From contig CAXWPJ010000009.1 in NCBI GenBank assembly GCA_963664115.2, positions 704,001 to 768,000 on the forward strand: DNA of 64,000 bases. Direction: 5' to 3'. The notes under the pieces were generated by a model that was not told where the DNA came from, made no database searches, and saw only the letters and a list, made by a program, of their open reading frames with translations. Both the position numbers and the translations under genes were made by a program. Positions within the stretch are counted from its first letter, which is position 1; every line of letters starts with the position of its first letter. The stretch comes from Terriglobia bacterium. GTDB taxonomy: Bacteria; Acidobacteriota; Terriglobia; 20CM-2-55-15. This document shows positions 18,509 to 29,134 of this stretch, one piece after another.

Positions 18509-19543
18509 ATGACTTTCTCTGGACCTTCACTACAAATGCTCAGTCATCTCACCCGACTCTCCATTGCCGGATTCATATTGTTGGGGCTAGTCGCCTGTTC
18601 CGGCATCGGCGGAACGGATGAGGTGGTCGTGATCGATGGCGCCACAGTACCCGCCCGTATGCAACTGGCGACAGCGAGCGTCGGGGGTAGCTACTACCCG
18701 GTCGGCAATGCTATCGCGCAGGTCCTCACTGACGGGCTGCCCGGTGTCGTCGTGGCAGCTGAAGTCAGTAGCGGCTCCTCGCAAAACATCCGCATGTTGG
18801 ATGCGAACCAAGTGGATTTGGGCCTTGCCAACGCCGCGATCACGTTTCCTGCGATACGCGGAACCGAAGGTTTTGACAGACCGTTTCCCGTACAAGCGGT
18901 GATTTCCCTCCAGAGCTCCGTCATGACCGTCGTCACTGCCGAGGGCAGCGGAATCTCGACGCTCCGCGATCTTGTCGGCAAGAGGGTCGCCGTCGGCCCG
19001 GCTGGCGCAGGGTGGGATTATTTCATGAGACCCGTCCTGGAGGCTCACGGCGTAAGCTACGAGGACTTCCAGCAGATCTACGAAGGTCAGGCCAACGCCA
19101 TGGAACTGTTAGCCGATGGCGCCGTCGATGCTGTCGTCGCCGGTGGAAGCGTACCCCAACCGTCGATCACGTCAGCCACTGCGACGCAAGATCTGATTTA
19201 TCTGGAGTTTGACGCTGCGGCCTTGGACAGTACCAACATCGAGTACCCGTTCATCCGAAAGGTCACAATTGCCGCGGGCACCTATGAAGGGCTCAACGGG
19301 GACTATCAAACTTTTGATTCAGGCAGCGCCCAGTTGCTTGTGCGGTCCGATGCAGATCCCGACTATGTCTATCTGATTGCCAAGACGATTTACGAGCACA
19401 GGGATCAGATCGGAGAGATGCACCCTGCTGGCCGCGAGATCACGCCCGAACGTGCCGCTATGGATATTGGCATTCCTTACCACGCAGGAAGCCTCCAGTA
19501 CTTTAACGAGATCGGTATCCGGGAACCGTCGACCGGAGAATGA
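18509..19543 (+). CDS. TAXI-family TRAP transporter solute-binding lipoprotein
   Basis: Lipobox LVAC, ATASVGGSYYPVG, GSSQNI, IPYHAGS. Confidence 0.9.
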   Translation: MTFSGPSLQMLSHLTRLSIAGFILLGLVACSGIGGTDEVVVIDGATVPARMQLATASVGGSYYPVGNAIAQVLTDGLPGVVVAAEVSSGSSQNIRMLDANQVDLGLANAAITFPAIRGTEGFDRPFPVQAVISLQSSVMTVVTAEGSGISTLRDLVGKRVAVGPAGAGWDYFMRPVLEAHGVSYEDFQQIYEGQANAMELLADGAVDAVVAGGSVPQPSITSATATQDLIYLEFDAAALDSTNIEYPFIRKVTIAAGTYEGLNGDYQTFDSGSAQLLVRSDADPDYVYLIAKTIYEHRDQIGEMHPAGREITPERAAMDIGIPYHAGSLQYFNEIGIREPSTGE

Positions 19544-19594
19544 CGCTGATTTCGGTGCCGGAGTGCGCAACTTCTACGATAGAGCGCGGAGATC

Positions 19595-21517
19595 GTGGAT
19601 AAGGGAGAGGCACATGGAGTGGAAACGGCCCCGGTACTGAAAGAATCCGGCAGCATGCGGTCTTACCTGGTCCGGGCCCTTGCTGTTGGATTCTCCCTAT
19701 TCGCGATAGCTGAAGTCAATCGCCTGACCCTACCTCCGTTTCAACAGCGGGCCGTCTTCCTCCTGATCCCGCTCGCCCTGGCCTTCCTGATTCCTCAAAC
19801 AACGCGTGGGAGTCGGAGTCGGGGCCGCGTCTTGCGGAACCTCGACTACGTGCTGGCCGCCCTGGGCGCCATCTGCTGTGCCTACATCGTCGTGGAATAC
19901 GAGGGCTTGATCGTTCGAATGGGCTCACCGACGACCCTCGATCTGATCATCGGAACCATCGGTATTGTTCTGATCCTGGAGGCGACACGCAGGCGGGTGG
20001 GATGGACCCTCCCTGCCATGGCCGTGGTGTTCATAGTGTATGCCTACGGTGGAAGAATGTTGCCGATAGCCCTGGCCGGTCACGCCGGGTACCCGGTGAA
20101 CCGAATCATCACACAATCCTTTCTGACCATGGAAGGCATTTTCGGTATTCCTCTGGCCGTTATGTTCACTTACGTGTTTCCCTTCGTCCTCTTCGGAGTC
20201 GTCCTCGAAGCGATCGGCGGCCTGGGATTCGCTATCGATCTGGCCGAGGCCCTATTGGGACGCTTCCGGGGTGGCCCCGCAAAGGTCGCAGTAGTCTCGA
20301 GCGGTATCTTCGGAATGGTTAACGGGAGCGCGGTCGCGAACGTCGTCACTGCCGGATCCTTCACGATACCCATGATGAAGAAAACCGGCGTGCAGCCTCA
20401 CGTGGCCGGAGCGGTCGAAGCTGTAGCCTCGACCGGGGGACAGCTCATGCCGCCGGTCATGGGCGCCGCTGCCTTCATGATGGCTGAATATCTGGGTCTC
20501 CCTTATCTGACGATCGCAACGGCGGCGTTGATTCCCGCGTTTCTCTATTATCTGGCTCTGTTCACGACGATCCATTGCTACTCGGTCCGTCATGATATCG
20601 GCGGGGTTGCGGTCACAGGGCAGGGCGCGCTGATCGCAGCCATCCTGAGACGGAAGGAACTCTATCTGTTCACCGTCCCCTTCGGCTGTTTGATAGCCTC
20701 CTTGCTATGGGGATTCACGCCCACGAGGTCCGTGTCGTATGCCATTCTGGTGGCGGTTGGGGTCAGTCTGTTCGTCCGGAAGCGACGACTGACACCACTC
20801 CGTGTTTTCGAAGTCCTTGAAAAGGCGGGAAGAGACGCGATTTCACTCACCTGTGCCACCGCATGTGTGGGCATCGTCATCGGGCTCATACTGATGACTG
20901 CTCTAGGGGCCCGTTTCACTCCCATGATCGCGGAACTCTCCGGTGGAAACATCTACATCGCACTGCTTCTGGTGATGTTCTCTTCGGTGGTCCTTGGAAT
21001 GGGTCTCCCGACGACGGTCTGCTATGTCCTGCTGGCGACGCTTGCCGCCCCTGCGCTCGTGAACCTTGGCATCATGCCGCTGGGGGCACACCTGTTCATT
21101 CTGTATTTCGGAATGATGTCGATGGTGACCCCGCCCAGCGCCCTCGCCGCTTACGCAGGGGCGATGATCGCGGGAGCGGACATCATGAAAACGGCATTCA
21201 CGGCTTGGTTTTTTTCCCTTTCGGGCTACTTGCTGCCTTTCGCGTTCGTTTTGAGTCCAGCGTTGCTCATGATCGGACCCGTTCCCGAGATCGTGCTGGC
21301 AACTGTCACAGCAGGGATCGGCGTCATGGCACTGGGTGCCGCCGTAGCCGGACACTTGAAGATGTCACTCAGGGCGCTTGAGCGCGGGACCCTCTTCCTT
21401 GCAGCTGTGGTGTTGATAAATACAGGATTGCTAACGGATCTTGTTGGCCTGGTTCTGCTCGTCCCCATCTTGCTTCGGCACTACAAACCGAGCGGGCTAC
21501 ACTCGTCACCCATTTAG
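19595..21517 (+). CDS. TRAP transporter fused 4TM/12TM permease
   Basis: GGPAKVAVVSS, GSAVANVV, EAVASTGGQLMPPVMGAAAF, LGMGLPT. Confidence 0.92.
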   Translation: MDKGEAHGVETAPVLKESGSMRSYLVRALAVGFSLFAIAEVNRLTLPPFQQRAVFLLIPLALAFLIPQTTRGSRSRGRVLRNLDYVLAALGAICCAYIVVEYEGLIVRMGSPTTLDLIIGTIGIVLILEATRRRVGWTLPAMAVVFIVYAYGGRMLPIALAGHAGYPVNRIITQSFLTMEGIFGIPLAVMFTYVFPFVLFGVVLEAIGGLGFAIDLAEALLGRFRGGPAKVAVVSSGIFGMVNGSAVANVVTAGSFTIPMMKKTGVQPHVAGAVEAVASTGGQLMPPVMGAAAFMMAEYLGLPYLTIATAALIPAFLYYLALFTTIHCYSVRHDIGGVAVTGQGALIAAILRRKELYLFTVPFGCLIASLLWGFTPTRSVSYAILVAVGVSLFVRKRRLTPLRVFEVLEKAGRDAISLTCATACVGIVIGLILMTALGARFTPMIAELSGGNIYIALLLVMFSSVVLGMGLPTTVCYVLLATLAAPALVNLGIMPLGAHLFILYFGMMSMVTPPSALAAYAGAMIAGADIMKTAFTAWFFSLSGYLLPFAFVLSPALLMIGPVPEIVLATVTAGIGVMALGAAVAGHLKMSLRALERGTLFLAAVVLINTGLLTDLVGLVLLVPILLRHYKPSGLHSSPI

Positions 21518-21526
21518 GCGCGCCTA

Positions 21527-22507
21527 TCAATCCGCTTCGAAGCGATAGTAATGCGAGAAGCGCTTCAGCGGCTCGTCCGACAAATCGAAAAGCACGGCGT
21601 CGTTCGCCGCGTTGTGTGTGAACTTGTTCCACGCTGGTATGGCAAACGTGTCGCCGAACTCCCATTCGATCTGTTCTCCACCCACAATCGTTTCGCCGTT
21701 CCCTTCGAGCACAACAAAAACGTGATCAGCCGTCGATCGCTGGCGCCGGGTCTTGAAACCTGATTCGAGTCGTTCCACATGGATCCCCATCGTCGGCAGA
21801 TCGGGAGCTTCGAGCTCGATGCGTGGCCCGTGGAATCCGTCGACATCCACTTTCGCCTTATCCAGGCCACTTTTGATGGAATCCCGGGTAAACCGGAAAG
21901 GTGAAGTTGTGACGACAGAAACGACCTTCTCATAGCGATCCGGATGATTCTCATAGAACATTGGCTCGAGCAGCTGGGTGAGCGGAACGTCCAGACCGTC
22001 AACCCAGTAAGCAGGAACGTCGCCGTCGTGACCGTGGCCATGCCAACACCACCCGGGCGTCAAGACCACGTCTCCGGTTTCCATCGGCGTCCTGACTCCG
22101 TCGACGATAGTGAAAGAATCCGTGGCGTCCAGAATGACGCGAAGGGCGTGTGGTGCATGGCGATGTGACCGCACCCTCTCGCCCGGGAGAAGCATCTGGT
22201 ACGCACAGACCAGTGTATTGGTGGTTGCAAAATTGTTATCGATTATCGGATTGCGTAGAACGAGGTTGCGCCGCTCGGCCAGGGAGACGTCAATCAAGCG
22301 ACCGGCGGCATCAATAGCCGCTTTCATTTCCGCATAGCGCCATAGGGCAGGAACGAACTTCGATCGGGGCTCGTCCCATAGGATCGGTTCTTCACGGTCC
22401 ACCCATCCTGGAGTTACGGCGAAATGAAGGAGTTCTTCGTAGAGAAGCTCAAGGGTAGAAACGTTGCTGATAATTTTGAGGTGCTCCATCTGGGCAACAT
22501 CAGACAT
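21527..22507 (-). CDS. Gentisate 1,2-dioxygenase-like bicupin
   Basis: AERRNL.L.NP, SHRHAPHALR, GDVVLTPGWCWHGH, DGLDVPL. Confidence 0.85.
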   Translation of the reverse strand: MSDVAQMEHLKIISNVSTLELLYEELLHFAVTPGWVDREEPILWDEPRSKFVPALWRYAEMKAAIDAAGRLIDVSLAERRNLVLRNPIIDNNFATTNTLVCAYQMLLPGERVRSHRHAPHALRVILDATDSFTIVDGVRTPMETGDVVLTPGWCWHGHGHDGDVPAYWVDGLDVPLTQLLEPMFYENHPDRYEKVVSVVTTSPFRFTRDSIKSGLDKAKVDVDGFHGPRIELEAPDLPTMGIHVERLESGFKTRRQRSTADHVFVVLEGNGETIVGGEQIEWEFGDTFAIPAWNKFTHNAANDAVLFDLSDEPLKRFSHYYRFEAD

Positions 22508-22564
22508 TGTTACTCTCCTTCTCGCAGTCACAGCCGACAACCGGCGGGCATGGGCAGTGTGGGA

Positions 22565-23410
22565 TCAGGATGACGACATCAATGACTTGCCGAACACTTC
22601 AATGTGCCAGGACTCTCGCATTGGAACTTCCCATCGACCCGCAACGAGTTCACCCACGGTCTGAATGACGTTATTGAAAACGATCGTCTCTTCATTGACA
22701 GCGCCCTGCTTCGCCAGACTGCGGAAGGTCAACCGGTCAACACACAGGACCGCACCAGTGTCGTCCCTGTAAAACACCTGGTTACCCGAACTCGCAAATT
22801 TCACACCCGACGCTCTATTAAAAGCCTCCAATGCATGGAACATGCTGTCAATAGAGCATCCGGAAAGGTTCATCGCCGTCTCATCGGCGCTGATAATGAC
22901 AAACTGATCGTGCACGAGCTGCCAACCCGGCATCACTTTCTGCTGGTGAGAATTCCACTCGGCCAGGAACCCTTCCATATGTGCGTCGAGAGCCTGGCAC
23001 TGCGGCAACGTCAGAGCCTCCTCGGCGCCATAAATCCAGACTCGGGCCGTTTCGGGAAGACTGGAGATTCCGTTCCCAACAGCAGCCGGCTTAAAAGGAG
23101 TCCCGCCTGAATGGGCCTGCCAGGCTTCATAGCCGCCGTCCAGGCTGTATGTTTCCTTAAAACCGTTCGCGCTGAAGTACTCGGCCGCCCCCTGGCTCAA
23201 GTTTCCATGGTAGCAACACACTATTAGAGGACGGTCGAGGGCAGCCTCCTCAATAAAGGTCCGAACGTTCACATCATCTACGGACTCCGCGCCTGGAATG
23301 TGTCCGGCTGTGTAGGAATCGGTGTCTCGAACGTCGACTACACGGGCATTATTTGCCGCTATTAACTCGCGCGCCTCTTCCACGTTGATGCGCTTATAGC
23401 TCATCGACAT
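22565..23410 (-). CDS. GlpE-like rhodanese fused to an uncharacterised SGCSID-motif domain
   Basis: N-terminal DVR...GHIPGA...CYHGNLSQ...SLDGGYEAW; C-terminal ARVWIY...W.SH...SGCSIDS. Confidence 0.8.
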   Translation of the reverse strand: MSMSYKRINVEEARELIAANNARVVDVRDTDSYTAGHIPGAESVDDVNVRTFIEEAALDRPLIVCCYHGNLSQGAAEYFSANGFKETYSLDGGYEAWQAHSGGTPFKPAAVGNGISSLPETARVWIYGAEEALTLPQCQALDAHMEGFLAEWNSHQQKVMPGWQLVHDQFVIISADETAMNLSGCSIDSMFHALEAFNRASGVKFASSGNQVFYRDDTGAVLCVDRLTFRSLAKQGAVNEETIVFNNVIQTVGELVAGRWEVPMRESWHIEVFGKSLMSSS

Positions 23411-23470
23411 CTCCTCTGGGGTGGCTGGGGAATGATCACTTCATACATGATACTGCACTGGCCCGGTGTG

Positions 23471-24796
23471 CTAAACGACGGAACGGACCAATCTCGGATA
23501 ATAGTAAGACAGCGTGCCAATGCGTGCCAGATAGTGGACGTAGAGCGCGGCCCAGAGTCCATGATTTTCGAACGGAGTCAACATCCACCAGGCAAAGAGA
23601 AAAACGGCAAGTGAAATCAGCATCGCGTTGCGCATGTCAGCAGTGCGCGTCGCTCCGATAAAAACGCCATCGAGTTGAAACGCCCAGACACCCAGCAAAG
23701 GTGCAGCCCCAGCCCATGGAAGATACGTGCGGGCAGCCTCACGAGCGGCGGCATCAACAGTCAACACGTCGATAAACAGCGTACCGGCAACGATCAGCAC
23801 CAGTGAAATCACGACTGCCACACCCACCGACCAGAGCGTCGTCATGCGGGCGGCGGCTTCGAGACCCGCTCGATGCGCAGCGCCCACTGCACGCCCGACC
23901 AATACCTCGGCCGCAAACGCGAGACCATCGAGGAAGTAAGCACTCACCGACACGAAGTGCATCAGGACGGCATTCGCGGCGAGAATCACGTCACCCTGTT
24001 GTGCGCCTTTAGCCGTGAACCAGCTAAACGCAAATACCAAGGCCACAGAGCGGATCATGATATCGCCGTTGACGGCAATAGTTCGCCTCAGCTGCTGGGG
24101 CTTTAGAATGCGGTCCAACGTCCACCCGGCGCCGAGACCACGCAGATGCCGTGCCGCGATCACCAGACCGACCGAAACCGCGAGTACTTCGGCGAGGACG
24201 GTTCCCAGTGCTACCCCACTTACGTCCCAACCAAATCCGACAACGAATAACGCATCCAGCGCCATGTTGCTAAGGTTCAATACGAGCTGCAGCACAAGAC
24301 CAATATCGGTGCGGCCGAGTCCAATGAACCATCCCAGCAACGCGTAGTTCGCGAGCGTCGCAGGGGCTGCCCAGATTCGGACACTGAAGTATTCTCGCGC
24401 AAGAGTCTCGACCTGGGCTGAACCCTCCAGCAATGCGAACGCAATTTCCTCGATGGGCCACTGCAATAGAATCAGTCCGGCACCGGCCAGCAACGCAATC
24501 ATCAAGGCTCGGCCCAGGCCCGCGACCAACTCGTCGCTATCACCGGCGCCGGCGGCCTGAGCCGTCAGGCCGGTCGTTCCCATCCTCAAGAAACCGAAAG
24601 CCCAGAAAACGAACGTGAAGATCAATGAGCCTATGGCTACGGCCCCGATATAGGCGGGATCTGGAATCTGACCCATGACGCCGGTATCGACAACGCCGAT
24701 GAGCGGCGTCGATACGTTGGAGATCATTACGGGCAGAGCCATCGTAAGGATCGCGCGATGCGTCAAACGCCCTCCAAGGGCGCCGTTCTGTCCCAT
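23471..24796 (-). CDS. MATE family efflux transporter (DinF-like)
   Basis: SNVSTPLIGVVDT, FGFLRMGTTGLTAQA, FQLDGVFIGAT. Confidence 0.92.
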   Translation of the reverse strand: MGQNGALGGRLTHRAILTMALPVMISNVSTPLIGVVDTGVMGQIPDPAYIGAVAIGSLIFTFVFWAFGFLRMGTTGLTAQAAGAGDSDELVAGLGRALMIALLAGAGLILLQWPIEEIAFALLEGSAQVETLAREYFSVRIWAAPATLANYALLGWFIGLGRTDIGLVLQLVLNLSNMALDALFVVGFGWDVSGVALGTVLAEVLAVSVGLVIAARHLRGLGAGWTLDRILKPQQLRRTIAVNGDIMIRSVALVFAFSWFTAKGAQQGDVILAANAVLMHFVSVSAYFLDGLAFAAEVLVGRAVGAAHRAGLEAAARMTTLWSVGVAVVISLVLIVAGTLFIDVLTVDAAAREAARTYLPWAGAAPLLGVWAFQLDGVFIGATRTADMRNAMLISLAVFLFAWWMLTPFENHGLWAALYVHYLARIGTLSYYYPRLVRSVV

Positions 24797-24887
24797 CAGG
24801 AATCCTTCATCTCTGGAAACACCTCTTCGGTCGACCAACCACCATCGAGGGCTCAACCCCCCGCAGCAGCGGGTCTGACTGGAGATG

Positions 24888-25829
24888 TTATGACCTGTAG
24901 GGAGTTGACCGCCCTTCCATCAGACGCGTGAGGTTGCCGCCCAGTATGGCCCGAACCGCTCCCTCTGCAACACCCAGGTTTTTGAGCACTGAAGTCTGCG
25001 CATCAAAGACGGTATGGTTCCAGCCTCGCGGAAAGAAAGAAGAGTCGGTGCCGAAAAGGAGCCGCCCGGGCCCGTATATTTCCAGGGCTTTGCGAAAAAC
25101 ACCCTCGAGAGTCGTCTCCGGTAGCAGGTACTTGATCCATGAATTACTGCTGGAAGTATCCAGATAGACGTTTTCAACCAGGTCACCCAGCATGAGTACT
25201 TCCCGAAAAAACCCCGCACCAAAATGAGGAATAACAAATTTAGCCTTCGGGTACTCCATAGCCACGCGATGCAGGTCGATGGGGTTTGAGAGACTCATAT
25301 CGAACTTTGAAGCCAGTCCGAGTTTGTTGCGCACACCAACCGTCAGAACCCCTGTGTGAACGAAGATCACGACGTCGGGCCGTTCACTGGCCAATTCGTA
25401 GATAGGGTCGAGACGTGCGTCCTGAACAGAAAAATGGTGCATGGCCGGAAACAGGCACAACCCCTTCAGCCCGAACTGATCGAAAGCACGGAGGGCCCGC
25501 GCCTTCGCGTCGGGCGCCAGCGGGTTGAACATGAAGTATCCATAGAAGCGGTCCGGACGCGCACGCACGATCTCGGTCGCCGATTTTTCGTCCCCGGGAA
25601 CAGACGACATCAGGACAGATCGGGCAACGAAGTGTAAATCCAGTTCTCTGACCCACCGGGTGGCCAGTTCAGAGTTGTCCTTCGGCGGAACCTCCCAGCC
25701 CACTTCGTTGACCAGGTCCTCGACACTCTCAGACTGCCCCCTTTGGCCGGCAAGCATTTGAAAAAAGGCGTATGAGAAGAGGTGGGCATGAGCGTCGGCG
25801 ACTTCGATCTCTCCCCAGGGTGTTTGCAT
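24888..25829 (-). CDS. Amidohydrolase family (Amidohydro_2) protein
   Basis: DAHAH, FVHTG, IPHFG, YLDTSS, LLFGTDS. Confidence 0.85.
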   Translation of the reverse strand: MQTPWGEIEVADAHAHLFSYAFFQMLAGQRGQSESVEDLVNEVGWEVPPKDNSELATRWVRELDLHFVARSVLMSSVPGDEKSATEIVRARPDRFYGYFMFNPLAPDAKARALRAFDQFGLKGLCLFPAMHHFSVQDARLDPIYELASERPDVVIFVHTGVLTVGVRNKLGLASKFDMSLSNPIDLHRVAMEYPKAKFVIPHFGAGFFREVLMLGDLVENVYLDTSSSNSWIKYLLPETTLEGVFRKALEIYGPGRLLFGTDSSFFPRGWNHTVFDAQTSVLKNLGVAEGAVRAILGGNLTRLMEGRSTPYRS

Positions 25830-25833
25830 AGCT

Positions 25834-27027
25834 CTAGACTAACGCGACCGACAGCGCATCGTAGTTGTAAAGCCACTGATTGCGCTCGGCGCCCAGCTTG
25901 CGCTTCCCGAAAGCTTCGCGGAAACTTTCTTCCCTCTTCAAATGAAAAAACCTGCTGTTGGCGCTGGACTCGGCAACAACGCGACTGGTCCGGGGAATGC
26001 GATTCCTCTGGTAAACGTCGAGCGCTTCTTCAATTGAATCGAATGTATCCAGACAACGGGTGAGCACTGCGGCATCTTCAATCGCCATAACCGCACCCTG
26101 TGCGAGATACGGCAACATCGGATGTGCGGAATCACCCAGCAAAGTGACGTGCCCCTGGCTCCATCGATCCGCTTTCGGACGGTCAAACAGTGCCCATCGG
26201 TAGCACTGATCCTTATCAGCGTTGTCAATGATGCGAATAATATCGCTATGCCAGGCTGAGAAATCATCCCGCATTTCCGACCAGTCCGATTTGACGATCC
26301 AGGATTCGATTTTCCAATTGGGATTCTCGACCAGACCGACAAAGTTAAGCAGACCACCGCCGCGCACGTAATAGGTAACCGCGTGAGCCCCGGGACCTAC
26401 CCATACCGTTATGACGCGATCCATAAAGTCGTTCCCGAGACGTCCTTTGGGCACAAGAACCCGCCAGGCGGTGTCCCCTGTGAAGTGGGCTTCGGTTGCG
26501 CCCAGGATCTGCTCGCGGATGACGGACTTAATGCCGTCGGCGCCTATGAGTACATCGCCCTCCTCGCGCCGTCCGTCGCTGAGGTGTAATACAACTGTTG
26601 ACCCCGTCTCGGTGAACCCTTCAGCAGTCGAATTGAGAGCGATGGCTTCAGGATCTAGTTGCTGGACTCTCCGGACCAGCAATTCATGAAGATCCGCACG
26701 ATGAAAATGATAGTAGGGCGCACCGTTGAGGCGATCGTGTTCCTCGCCTAACGCAAAGGTCTGCAGGATTTCACCAGTTTGGAACAATCTAAAAACATAG
26801 GCCTTCGGTTTAGTACCTATTTTGTCCAAATCATCGGCCAACCCCAAATGCCACAGGACTTTGACGGCGTTCGCGCTCAGATGAATACCGGCCCCCACCT
26901 CGCCCAACTCCGGAGCCTGTTCAAAGACGCGCACGCGGTAGCCTTTTTGCAGCAGGCATCCGGCAGCCGCCATACCGCCGAGACCAGCGCCGGCGATGAG
27001 AACCTTTAGTTTTTCAGACACGCTCAC
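25834..27027 (-). CDS. FAD-dependent monooxygenase (salicylate/hydroxybenzoate hydroxylase-like)
   Basis: GAGLGG, LGEVGAGI, IGADGIKS, LLGDSAHPMLPYLAQGAVMAIEDA. Confidence 0.88.
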   Translation of the reverse strand: MSVSEKLKVLIAGAGLGGMAAAGCLLQKGYRVRVFEQAPELGEVGAGIHLSANAVKVLWHLGLADDLDKIGTKPKAYVFRLFQTGEILQTFALGEEHDRLNGAPYYHFHRADLHELLVRRVQQLDPEAIALNSTAEGFTETGSTVVLHLSDGRREEGDVLIGADGIKSVIREQILGATEAHFTGDTAWRVLVPKGRLGNDFMDRVITVWVGPGAHAVTYYVRGGGLLNFVGLVENPNWKIESWIVKSDWSEMRDDFSAWHSDIIRIIDNADKDQCYRWALFDRPKADRWSQGHVTLLGDSAHPMLPYLAQGAVMAIEDAAVLTRCLDTFDSIEEALDVYQRNRIPRTSRVVAESSANSRFFHLKREESFREAFGKRKLGAERNQWLYNYDALSVALV

Positions 27028-27293
27028 TCCCTCGAAGCTTCAATCCTCCTGCGCCAGGAAACCCAACATCGCCGATAGGAGGATGGGCTCCCTGATCTGC
27101 GATTCTCTTCATACCGGTGAATACCACCAACACTAAGGTATACAGAAGCTCGGCAGACGTAGGATCCGTGTTCCCCATGGAAAGCAAGGACTGTATAGAA
27201 TTAGAATTACGGGGATAGACTACTCGATTACCAATCTAGCTTTCCAATGTGTTTGGAGAAACGGGTTTCGAGTAGTCTGTTTCCGCAACTAAA

Positions 27294-28037
27294 ATGACCA
27301 ATCAAATGGATCTCAGTAACGAAGTGGCCTTGGTCACAGGTGGAAGCCGAAACATCGGGCTCGCGATTGCCCGTGCACTAGGCGCGTCAGGTGCGCGCAT
27401 CTGTATCTGGGGAGGCTCTGATGCCGTGGCGATGGACAAAGCTTTAAGCTTACTCAACGGGGACGAAGAATCTCGAATCGGGATGCTCGTGAAAGTCGAG
27501 GACGAAGACGCGGTCGTCGATGCTTTTGATCAAATCGAAGCACGCATGGGCCCGGTATCCATCCTCGTCAACAATGCCGCTCTGCGGCCGTACGAACCAC
27601 TGAATTCGATGAGCCTGGAAGCGTGGACCTCGGTTCTGGATGTTATCCTGACTGGCGCCTTCCTGACTTCGCGCGAATTGTTCCGCCGTTTGCCCGAAGA
27701 ACGAAACGGAGCGATCGTAAACATAGGCGGCATCAGCGCGCATCGTCCAGCATCGAACCGGGCACACGTGATCACAGCGAAAGCTGGACTCATCGGCCTG
27801 ACACGGGCCTTGGCCCAAGAAGGTCTCGGGCGCATCCGGGCCAACTGCGTGGTACCCGGCGCTATCAATACCGAAACCCGGCCGGGTGGACAGCGTCCAC
27901 GGTTCCTAGACGACAAGGATCATACCCCAGGTCACGTTGACGACGTCGCCAGTGCCGTTTTGTCGTTCGCAAACCCCAACGCACAGTATGTGACCGGCCA
28001 GACCGTTCACGTCAGCGGGGGCCGTTTTATGCCGTAA
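27294..28037 (+). CDS. SDR family oxidoreductase
   Basis: TGGSRNIG, LVNNAA, ANCVVPG, YVTGQTVHVSGG; His occupies the catalytic Tyr position (HVITAK). Confidence 0.88.
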   Translation: MTNQMDLSNEVALVTGGSRNIGLAIARALGASGARICIWGGSDAVAMDKALSLLNGDEESRIGMLVKVEDEDAVVDAFDQIEARMGPVSILVNNAALRPYEPLNSMSLEAWTSVLDVILTGAFLTSRELFRRLPEERNGAIVNIGGISAHRPASNRAHVITAKAGLIGLTRALAQEGLGRIRANCVVPGAINTETRPGGQRPRFLDDKDHTPGHVDDVASAVLSFANPNAQYVTGQTVHVSGGRFMP

Positions 28038-28108
28038 TTTCCCGACATTGGAAGAGAGCGCGTCGCGCTCGTGTATATTAACGCTACCACCAAACCCAAG
28101 GCATAACG

Positions 28109-29110
28109 ATGGACAGACTCAAGTTCTCATCAATTCTAATTGCACTCGTGGTACTGCTCGCCGGTTGCACGGCTGAAGACGGCGACTCCGATTCCGATCG
28201 CCTGCAAACCGGTCAAGCCACATCAGCAGGCCGATACCCGCACGATGTAGTGACACTGATTACGCACTCCAGCCCCGGCGGCGGAAGCGATGTATTTCTT
28301 CGGGAACTTATCAGACATCTGGGGCCTCAGATGGGTATAGATTTCGTCGTCGAAAACGTCAGAGGTGGGGGGGGTGCGCGGGCGATGAGTCGGCTTGCCA
28401 ACTCACCTGCGGACGGCAGCGTTTTCTACGCCTCGACGCCAAGCTTTATCTTCACGTCGTTGATGAGCCAACCGGCGAATACATACGACGATCTGGATCC
28501 GATCGTGAACGTGTTCTTGGATCAGGAGGTCATCTACACACGCACGGAGAGCCCGTTCGAAACACTGGCCGACGTTATTCAAACGGCACGCTCGGAAAGA
28601 GGCCGATGGGGCGCCGCGACACCCGGGTCGCTGGAACGACAAGCCCTGGAGCGTCTCAAGCAGGCAGCGGCCGTCGACGCCGCAATCGTCAGCCATGACG
28701 GTGGTGGCGATCTCATACTTAACGTGTTGAACGGCACGCTCGACATCGGGGTCGGCGAGGCTCAGGAAATCCGGAGCCAACTCGACGCCGGTCAGCTGCG
28801 CTTGCTTGCCGTGTTCAGCGAAATGCGATTGCCCGAACTGCCGGAGTTGCCGACAGTAAAGGAATCAGGCTACGACGTCGTCGTTACGAAGTTTCGGGGA
28901 CTGATGGGACCACGAGACACACCACCGCAAATTGTTGAAGCCTGGGAAAGTGCAGTACGGGAAGTGCTTGAGAACCCGGACTACCGGCAGGTATATTCGG
29001 GTGCGATGCTCTCGCCCGCCTATATGCCGCAGAGCGAGTACGGCGGCTTCATCGATACTTTCGCCAGCGACACCCAAACGTTTCTACGCGAATCCGGTGT
29101 CATCAACTAG
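28109..29110 (+). CDS. Tripartite tricarboxylate transporter substrate-binding protein (TctC/Bug)
   Basis: Lipobox LAGC, SPGGGSD, VENVRGGGG, PELPTVKESG. Confidence 0.88.
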   Translation: MDRLKFSSILIALVVLLAGCTAEDGDSDSDRLQTGQATSAGRYPHDVVTLITHSSPGGGSDVFLRELIRHLGPQMGIDFVVENVRGGGGARAMSRLANSPADGSVFYASTPSFIFTSLMSQPANTYDDLDPIVNVFLDQEVIYTRTESPFETLADVIQTARSERGRWGAATPGSLERQALERLKQAAAVDAAIVSHDGGGDLILNVLNGTLDIGVGEAQEIRSQLDAGQLRLLAVFSEMRLPELPELPTVKESGYDVVVTKFRGLMGPRDTPPQIVEAWESAVREVLENPDYRQVYSGAMLSPAYMPQSEYGGFIDTFASDTQTFLRESGVIN

Positions 29111-29134
29111 TCGATCGACAACGATGGCATATTC

